A stretch of DNA of 64,000 bases, from assembly GCA_964291405.2 (NCBI GenBank), contig OZ219926.1:2496001-2560000 (forward strand), in the 5' to 3' direction. A model generated the notes under the pieces. The model was not told the DNA's origin, did not search any database, and saw only the letters and a list, made by a program, of their open reading frames with translations. Shown here one piece after another: positions 57,501-64,000 of the stretch. Each line of letters begins with the position of its first letter. Within the stretch, counting starts at the first letter, position 1. Made by a program: the position numbers and the translations under genes. The DNA comes from Thermodesulfobacteriota bacterium (lineage in GTDB: Bacteria > Desulfobacterota > Binatia > Bin18).

Positions 57501-58691
57501 CTAGATCAGCCCAGCTTCTCGCATCGTCGCGATGGCTTCTTCGTCATAGCCGAGTTCCGCTAAGACCTCAGCACTATGCTCGCCGAGCAGGGGCGCAGGC
57601 CGTAGCGGAACATCCGAGGCCGCCAGCTTGATGGGATTGCCGGCCATGGTGTACGTGCCGCGCGTGGGATGATCGAGTTCGAGAATCATGTCCCGTGCGC
57701 GCAAATGGGGATCGTTCATGACTTCGCCCGTGTCCTGACACGCCCCGCACGGCACCCCGGCCTCGGCTAAAATCTGCATGACTTCCTGTTTCGGTTTGCT
57801 CGATGTCCATGCTTCGATAAAAGCATTCACTTCAGCGGCGTGCTCAACCCGGGCCTCGGGGGTGTGATAGCGTGGGTCGTCAATCAAGTCTTCCCGTTGT
57901 ATGGCGCACAGCAAGGGGTCCCACATCTGCTGCTGGGCAATAATGAACACATAGTCGTTGGGCCCGCCGGGATGGCAACGATACGTTGTGGCGGGGACAA
58001 ACCCGAGTTGATTGCCCGTGCGTTCAACCGGTTTTCCATTGCGCTGGTGGTCGCGCAGGCTGACCCGAACCAGATTCACCACCGCGTCCTGCATGGACAC
58101 TTCGACCTGTTGGCCGGCTCCCGTGGTGTGGCGCTGCATCAGGGCGGCCAGGATGCCGATGACGCAGTGCATACCGGTGCCCGAGTCTCCCACACACGAC
58201 CAGGTGACGGTGGGCGGATTGTCGGGAAAACCGGTTACGCTCATCGAGCCGCCCATCGCCTGGGCGACGGGTTCAAAACTCTTGAACGAGCTATACGGCC
58301 CAGACGAACCAAAACCTTTGATGCTGGCGTAGACCAGGCGCGGATTGAGCTGTTTGAGGCGGTCATAGCCAAACCCGAGCCGTTCCATCGTGCCGGGTCC
58401 GAAGTTCTCCAGCACGACATCTGCGGTTGCCACCAGTTTTTGAAAGGCCTGCTTGCCTTCCGGCTGTTTGAGGTCAAGCGCGAGGCTGCGCTTGTTGGCA
58501 TTGAAAAAAAGGAAGAAGAGACTGTCCGTCCCCGGCCGGTCATTCAGACTCACGCGGGCGATATCGCCCCGTCCGGGCGGCTCGACCTTGATCACGTCGG
58601 CCCCGAGCCAGGCTAAAATCTGGCCACACGACGGGCCAGCCTGATTATGGGTCAAGTCCAGCACCCGGATACCATCAAGCGCAGTGCTCAT
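57501..58691 (-). CDS. Class III CoA-transferase (formyl-CoA transferase-like)
   Basis: NQAGPSC.Q.LAWLGADVIKVE, NANKRS, GDSGTGMH. Confidence 0.9.
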   Translation of the reverse strand: MSTALDGIRVLDLTHNQAGPSCGQILAWLGADVIKVEPPGRGDIARVSLNDRPGTDSLFFLFFNANKRSLALDLKQPEGKQAFQKLVATADVVLENFGPGTMERLGFGYDRLKQLNPRLVYASIKGFGSSGPYSSFKSFEPVAQAMGGSMSVTGFPDNPPTVTWSCVGDSGTGMHCVIGILAALMQRHTTGAGQQVEVSMQDAVVNLVRVSLRDHQRNGKPVERTGNQLGFVPATTYRCHPGGPNDYVFIIAQQQMWDPLLCAIQREDLIDDPRYHTPEARVEHAAEVNAFIEAWTSSKPKQEVMQILAEAGVPCGACQDTGEVMNDPHLRARDMILELDHPTRGTYTMAGNPIKLAASDVPLRPAPLLGEHSAEVLAELGYDEEAIATMREAGLI

Positions 58692-58758
58692 TGTCTCACG
58701 CTCCCTTCCATAGTGTCACTCGCCTCTCCCCCGGTCTTGAGGGCCGCTTGGGGCCGCG

Positions 58759-59589
58759 TCAAAAATACCAGGCCAGAGTCAGCGACAGATTGACCTCGTC
58801 GTTATCGACCCGCACCGGCACAAAGACCCCTTCATCCTTCAGATTGAAAGAAACCCAGTCTTCGGCCAGATACCCGGTATAGCGCACCTCGCCCCGGAGG
58901 CCGAGCCGCGAGCCGAACATTTTTTCCAGTCCCGCGCCACTCGTCCACGCGGTAAAATTCTCGTTATGGGTATTGGCGCCGCTCGTGAACTCGTCGGGCT
59001 GGCACCACTCGATTTTGAGACAGCCGTGAAAACGGACGCGGAAGCGCGTCGCCACCCGGCGTACACCCGCCAGGGCGTATATGCTCGAATCGCCTATCAT
59101 CGTCTGAAGAAATTGCGGGCTGGTTCCCAGTTTGAAGGTCAGCCCGTAGCTGAAATTTTTGGCAAAGGACCAGTCGTCGGGCCAGCTCTCGCCCATCTGG
59201 TTGCGGCCCTCGGACTCGCCGATACCCTTGAGCCGCCCACGTGCGGACTCGCCGTGGAAGGCGATATCAAATTCGCTGTCCAGGAAGAGCCGCCCCTGGT
59301 CAAGCAGCGGCCAGCGATACCCGGCCAGCAAACCGAACCCATACCCGGTCGCGTCGGCGGAGTCGCGGTCGCGGTGCACCTTTCCGCTCTGGGAGGTCAT
59401 ATTGAGCGGGCTGGTATTGTCCACGGTCTTTCTGTACGAGGTGTCCAGCCATTCCGGGGTGCCGGTGATGCCCAGATAGAAGCGCCCCGAGTCGGCGAGG
59501 GCCGTAGCAACGGCGCTCGGGCTCGCCATGATGACACCCGCCAGCAGCATATATGAGAATTTTTTCCTCACTTTTGTCAACACCCCCAT
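58759..59589 (-). CDS. Outer-membrane beta-barrel protein
   Basis: Signal peptide, GRFYLG, G.LAGY, GAGLE, LRGEVRY, C-terminal LAWYF. Confidence 0.75.
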   Translation of the reverse strand: MGVLTKVRKKFSYMLLAGVIMASPSAVATALADSGRFYLGITGTPEWLDTSYRKTVDNTSPLNMTSQSGKVHRDRDSADATGYGFGLLAGYRWPLLDQGRLFLDSEFDIAFHGESARGRLKGIGESEGRNQMGESWPDDWSFAKNFSYGLTFKLGTSPQFLQTMIGDSSIYALAGVRRVATRFRVRFHGCLKIEWCQPDEFTSGANTHNENFTAWTSGAGLEKMFGSRLGLRGEVRYTGYLAEDWVSFNLKDEGVFVPVRVDNDEVNLSLTLAWYF

Positions 59590-59832
59590 ACCTCCCTCTC
59601 TATCCTCTGCCCAAAATGAGCAATTTCAATCATTTGGAACGTAAAATCACTCTTCTTACATTTTGGGCTTCTGCTGGACATTTCATAGAGAGTGTATAGC
59701 AGTTTGACACCTTATTCCGCGCGGTGCAAATCAGGAGGAGAGAGTGGGGCGTGTGGATTGTCGATATGGTATATAGTGGTGCTATGGTGCCGACAGCAAT
59801 GAATCATCGCCTATGAATCGGAGTGTATCCCC

Positions 59833-60077
59833 ATGCCTCGCCTGACCATCAGTTTAGCCGACCGGACACACCGGGCACTGAAGGAAGCTGCGGCCGGCAG
59901 AATCGTTCCATGGATTCAATCATCGAGGAAAGCCTGGAACTGAGAGGAATCCGACCCTACGACACCGCCAAGGAGATCGTCGCCAAGGCACGAGCGCAGT
60001 CTGGATTGAAAGCTCCCGACGCGATGGCCCTGGCAGTCGAGAAAACAAGACGTTTTCGTGACGAGCAATCGCGCTGA
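59833..60077 (+). pseudogene. CopG/RHH antitoxin-like gene, frameshifted and orphan
   Basis: MPRLTISLADRTHRALKEAAA then RQNRSMDSIIEESLELRGI in another frame (GCCGG, one C missing). Confidence 0.75.
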
Positions 60078-60364
60078 GCGGCGTCTCTGTGACTTCCCCT
60101 CGTGGTTTCGTGGATATGTTTTTGTCCCCCAAAGAAATCTGATCGGCTCTCCTCGTAGCCTCGCCTCCCCTTGAACGGAACGATAAAACGCATTCCTCCC
60201 GTTTGGTGGCTTACGCTTCACGAGCGATTTTAAGCCTTTATCCTATCTGTATTTTCTCTTTATCAAAAGAGTAACATCAGAATTTTTGCCAAAAAATCTA
60301 TTGCCAAAAATATCTTTGTCATTTATTGTGATGCTACACTAAAATCTCCACAGGAGATTCATAT

Positions 60365-61561
60365 ATGCGCAACATCACTGGACAGGCAGTCGTCGGTGAC
60401 GACCTCTATGGACGAGATTACGAATTGGACCGCCTCTGGGAAAAGCTGCAACAAGGCGAGCACATTCTGATGCTCGCCCCCAGGCGGGTGGGCAAGACCA
60501 GCTTGATGCTGGAACTCCGCCGCGCGCCCCGTGAGAATTGGGATGTTATCTATGTGGATGTTGAAAGTGGAGACGACCCGGCTGACTGCATAGCGGCTAT
60601 TATCGCTGCTCTGGCAGCCAATCCCCAATATCGAAGCCGTTTCGAGGCGATTCCATTCTCGAACGCTATCAAGGATGTCTTTGGACGCCTGTCCGCCAGT
60701 GTCGATACTGGAATATTACATGTCGAGCTCAAACAGGCGATTGGTCGTGAGTGGGAACACGCCGCAGACCAACTTACGGCGCGTCTGACGAGCCTGCCGA
60801 GCACTGGCAGCAATCTTCTGATCATCATTGATGAGCTGCCACTCCTCCTTTCGCAGATGCTGCAAGCTGAGGAGCGGAAACGTGACGCCGAACTGCTGCT
60901 GTCTCGGCTTCGGTCCTGGCGCCAAGCGCCGGAATTGCGCACCAAAGTCCGCACGCTTGTTGGCGGGTCAATCGGACTCGAAGGGGTTCTGAGGCGCATT
61001 GGCCTTTCGGGATTGATCAATGACCTCTCCCCGTTCCGCCTGGACTCGTGGGAGAGGCCGACCGCTGTCAAATTTCTGAAGGGCCTGGGCGGTGATTATA
61101 GTTTTCATCTCGACGAAGGAGCTATCGCGCATATCCTAGACCTGCTGCGGGACCCCGTCCCGTACCACGTGCAACTCTTCTTTGATGCACTCCGCTATGC
61201 TTGCCAAGGTCAGTCTTCCCGCGTTTCGTCGGAAGTGATTGAACGGTGTTTCGCGGAACGGCTGGCAGGAGCCAGTGGCACCGCCCATCTGGACCATTAC
61301 GCCGCACGCCTCGAAATTGCATTTGACGAGAACGAACACGAAGTGGCACTCGAAATCCTGAGCCGAGTCTGCCAGCGAGGGAACGGTTTGAATCTTGCGG
61401 AACTCGAAGACCTGCGACAGCAAAGCGAGCAAACGTTCCGGTCAGTGCTGCGCGATCTGGAGGCCGACGGTTACATAGAGTATGAAGACAGCCGTCTGAA
61501 ATTCTGCTCGAATCTCCTACGGGAATGGTGGCGGAAATACCACGGGAGTGTCGCGTCATGA
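60365..61561 (+). CDS. P-loop ATPase of STAND/archaeal-ATPase type with C-terminal wHTH
   Basis: YGR, Walker A APRRVGKTS, Walker B LIIIDE, GSIG, VPYHVQ, LEADGYI...LLREWW; AGGAG RBS. Confidence 0.85.
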   Translation: MRNITGQAVVGDDLYGRDYELDRLWEKLQQGEHILMLAPRRVGKTSLMLELRRAPRENWDVIYVDVESGDDPADCIAAIIAALAANPQYRSRFEAIPFSNAIKDVFGRLSASVDTGILHVELKQAIGREWEHAADQLTARLTSLPSTGSNLLIIIDELPLLLSQMLQAEERKRDAELLLSRLRSWRQAPELRTKVRTLVGGSIGLEGVLRRIGLSGLINDLSPFRLDSWERPTAVKFLKGLGGDYSFHLDEGAIAHILDLLRDPVPYHVQLFFDALRYACQGQSSRVSSEVIERCFAERLAGASGTAHLDHYAARLEIAFDENEHEVALEILSRVCQRGNGLNLAELEDLRQQSEQTFRSVLRDLEADGYIEYEDSRLKFCSNLLREWWRKYHGSVAS

Positions 61562-64000
61562 TCCGCCAGCGCCTTTACAACCCAGCCCAGTTGACCCCTG
61601 ACGAGTTGAAGGCATCGTTCGTCGCTCGTAAGGGAACCCTTGCAGAGATGATCCGTCTGATCCGCGAACAGCCGTGCGGACGGCCGTGTCAGCACATGAT
61701 GCTCATCGGCTCACGCGGAATGGGAAAGACCACCCTGGGGTTGCGGTTTCTGCACGCGGTTGAAGAATCGCCCGACCTTGCCGCAGATTGGCAACCCGTC
61801 CCGTTCTATGAGGAAAGCTACGGTGTCGGCAACTTGGCGGACTTCTGGCTTGCCGCCCTGCGCCATCTGACCCGCGCCACCGGGGATCCACGATGGGAGG
61901 AAAGAGCCGACGCCCTAGCCCAGGACGAAAGAGACACAGAGCGGCTTGCCGCGTATGCACTCGCAGCGCTCCTGGACTTTTGCCAGGCAAGCGGAAAACG
62001 ATTGATCCTGTTCGTCGAGAATCTCGATACTGTCTTCGAGCAGTTACACGACGAGCGTGAAGTTCACGCGCTACGCGCAAATCTGATTGAGCGTTCCGAT
62101 ATCCTACTGGTCGGATCGGCTAACGCCGTCTTTGAAGCCATTCAAGGCTATGGCAAACCGCTTTACGAGTTCTTCCGGCTCTTCATGCTCGAAGGTCTGG
62201 GGCAGGAAGAGACTCTCCAGATACTTAAAGTGCTTGCGGACCTTGAAGACAAGCCGGAAATTTTAGAAACCCTACGTCGTGAGAGCGGCCGACTGGAGAC
62301 CCTACGTCGGCTGACGGGCGGGAACCCGCGTCTGCTGGTTCTTGCCTGTCGGCTACTGATCGAATCGCCGCTCGGCTCTGCCTTTGAGGATCTGGAACGG
62401 CTCATCGACGAACAGACGCCTTATTTCAAAGCCCGGATTGAAGAATTACCGGTCCAATCCCGCAAAGTATTTCACTGTCTCGCGGAAGGATGGAAGCCGA
62501 TGCTGGCGAGGGAGGTTGCCGACGCCGCGAATCTAAACTCCTCGCACGCTAGCGCCCAACTCAAGCAACTTGTCGAAAAGGGCTATGCAAGAGAGATCCG
62601 GCTACAGGGAGCAAAGCGGATACGATATGAAGTCAGCGACCGGTTCTACAACATCTACTATCTGCTGCGTTTCTCGCGTGCAGGCCGGTACCGATTGGAG
62701 CGACTCGTCGCCTTCCTTCACGATCTTTTCGGCCCATCCGGAATGCGGATGATGTATCCGGCGACGCTGGAAGCATTGCGCGAGCACGGCTTGCCCACCT
62801 GGGAAGTATCCAATTGGCTCAGTATTTTGGCTGGCTACGTGGCCAGAGACAAAGACTTCAAAGGACGAGAGGATTGGCTACGCGAAGCGCTCAACCTTGC
62901 TAGTAACATGATCGGTCCACACGCACCCGTAATCGAGGAAATCAGCAAAACCTTTCCAAGTCAGGATTCATCGAGTCCAAGTAGCCTTATAGACTGGATA
63001 CAACGCGGTCACGCGCTGTTTAAAGACCGGCGTTTTGCGGACGCGGAAGCGGCGTACCGAAAGGCAACCGGAGAAATGCCGAATGACGCTACCGCATGGA
63101 CCGGGCTCGGCAAGGCACTGTTTGAACTGGGACGTTTCGAAGATGCGATAACTGCCCTTGGGCGGATACCTTTTGTCAATCCAAACGACTCGGTGTACTT
63201 GCGTGGTGTGACCGTTACGGCTCTCGGGACCAAAGCTGACGCTCTCACTGAATTGGGCCGACATGAAGAGGCTATCGCCATCTGGGAACGAATTACCGAG
63301 TATGTCCGTGTGAACGACCCAGCGGACCTGCGTCAGGGGGCTGCCTCAAGTCTCATATTCAAGGGTCTTGCTCTCACTGAATTGGGCCGACATGAAGAGG
63401 CTATCGCCATCTGGGAACGAATTACCGAGTATGTCCGTGTGAACGACCCAGCGGACCTGCGTCAGGGGGCTGCCTTGATTCTCATGACCAAAGGTTTTTC
63501 TCTCTCCGAGTTGGATCGACGTGACGAAGCTGTCACGGCCTGGGAGCAAGTTGCCGAATATGTCCGCCCAGATGACCCGATAGATCTGCGTCACGCGGCC
63601 GCCGTGGCGCTCGGCGCCAAGGGAAGCATTCTCTCCGAGTTGGAATGCTATGATGAAGCTATCACGGCCTGGGAGCAAGTTGCCGAATATGTCCGCCCGG
63701 ATGACCCGTCGGAACGACGCCAATTAATTGCGAGCGGGCTGACACGTGACAGTGGTCTCTTGTATATGGATGGGAGGTACAGAGAGGCGGAGGCCGCTTG
63801 CAGAAATGCGGCCAATATCGGGCCAACATACAGTGAAGTATGGCTCATCCTGGCGGAAACGATTCTTTGCCAGGGCGACGAAGAGCGTCTGCCGGAGGCC
63901 GAGGAGTGCGCCCGCCGCGCGGTGGAACTGGCACCGAAGGATCCGAGCGCCTTTCATACGCTCTCCGATGTCTTGGCTTGTCGCGGGCAATGGACAGAAG
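61558..64000 (+). CDS. STAND ATPase-wHTH-TPR protein (runs off the window)
   Basis: Missing from the ORF track because no stop falls in the window. MIRQRLYNP...FVAR, Walker A GSRGMGKT, Walker B variant LILFVEN, TGGNPR, wHTH ASAQLKQLVEKG, then TPRs; ATGA overlap with the upstream ATPase. Confidence 0.88.
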   Translation, partial: MIRQRLYNPAQLTPDELKASFVARKGTLAEMIRLIREQPCGRPCQHMMLIGSRGMGKTTLGLRFLHAVEESPDLAADWQPVPFYEESYGVGNLADFWLAALRHLTRATGDPRWEERADALAQDERDTERLAAYALAALLDFCQASGKRLILFVENLDTVFEQLHDEREVHALRANLIERSDILLVGSANAVFEAIQGYGKPLYEFFRLFMLEGLGQEETLQILKVLADLEDKPEILETLRRESGRLETLRRLTGGNPRLLVLACRLLIESPLGSAFEDLERLIDEQTPYFKARIEELPVQSRKVFHCLAEGWKPMLAREVADAANLNSSHASAQLKQLVEKGYAREIRLQGAKRIRYEVSDRFYNIYYLLRFSRAGRYRLERLVAFLHDLFGPSGMRMMYPATLEALREHGLPTWEVSNWLSILAGYVARDKDFKGREDWLREALNLASNMIGPHAPVIEEISKTFPSQDSSSPSSLIDWIQRGHALFKDRRFADAEAAYRKATGEMPNDATAWTGLGKALFELGRFEDAITALGRIPFVNPNDSVYLRGVTVTALGTKADALTELGRHEEAIAIWERITEYVRVNDPADLRQGAASSLIFKGLALTELGRHEEAIAIWERITEYVRVNDPADLRQGAALILMTKGFSLSELDRRDEAVTAWEQVAEYVRPDDPIDLRHAAAVALGAKGSILSELECYDEAITAWEQVAEYVRPDDPSERRQLIASGLTRDSGLLYMDGRYREAEAACRNAANIGPTYSEVWLILAETILCQGDEERLPEAEECARRAVELAPKDPSAFHTLSDVLACRGQWTE
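63241..63756 (+). repeat. Four 129-bp (43-aa) TPR-like tandem repeats
   Basis: Equivalent codons at 63244, 63373, 63502 and 63631; 63241-63346 and 63370-63475 are identical. Confidence 0.9.

Noticed and set aside
63241-63756. Diversity-generating retroelement TR/VR pair
   Set aside because: Differences between repeats are not adenine-specific, the repeats are in-frame tandem units, and no reverse transcriptase is in the window.

Overview
Bacterial chromosomal window. Gene content (many amidohydrolase, LLM, CoA-transferase and SDR genes, plus a lineage-typical hypothetical) suggests a Deltaproteobacteria-like, possibly Binatia, genome; this is inference only. Core genes: rnpA (partial), rpmH, gpsA, pgeF, rlmD, aroKB, priA, def, fmt and a group-2 mrp(AB)CDEFG antiporter operon. 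Catabolic/accessory genes: cyclase, BKACE, amidase, two CoA-transferases, a TPP lyase, YbdK, two tandem TonB-dependent receptors and a coxMSL-like Mo-hydroxylase. Between them lie many toxin-antitoxin/defence modules, most of them broken, and REP-like palindromes. Main points: (1) rnpA appears to start upstream of, and fully overlap, rpmH as in Thermus; (2) a cyclase / conserved-unknown / UGSC-family selenoprotein operon with an in-frame UGA and a SECIS-like hairpin; (3) a coupled pair of STAND-like ATPases, the second carrying 43-aa TPR-like repeats with identical scaffolds and a variable segment; (4) diverged duplicates of gene 3' ends (fmt, mazE) flanking TA cassettes; (5) a ~700 bp hairpin-rich non-coding stretch upstream of aroK. 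No CRISPR array, rRNA or tRNA was recognised. All family calls come from motif recognition by eye, not database searches.
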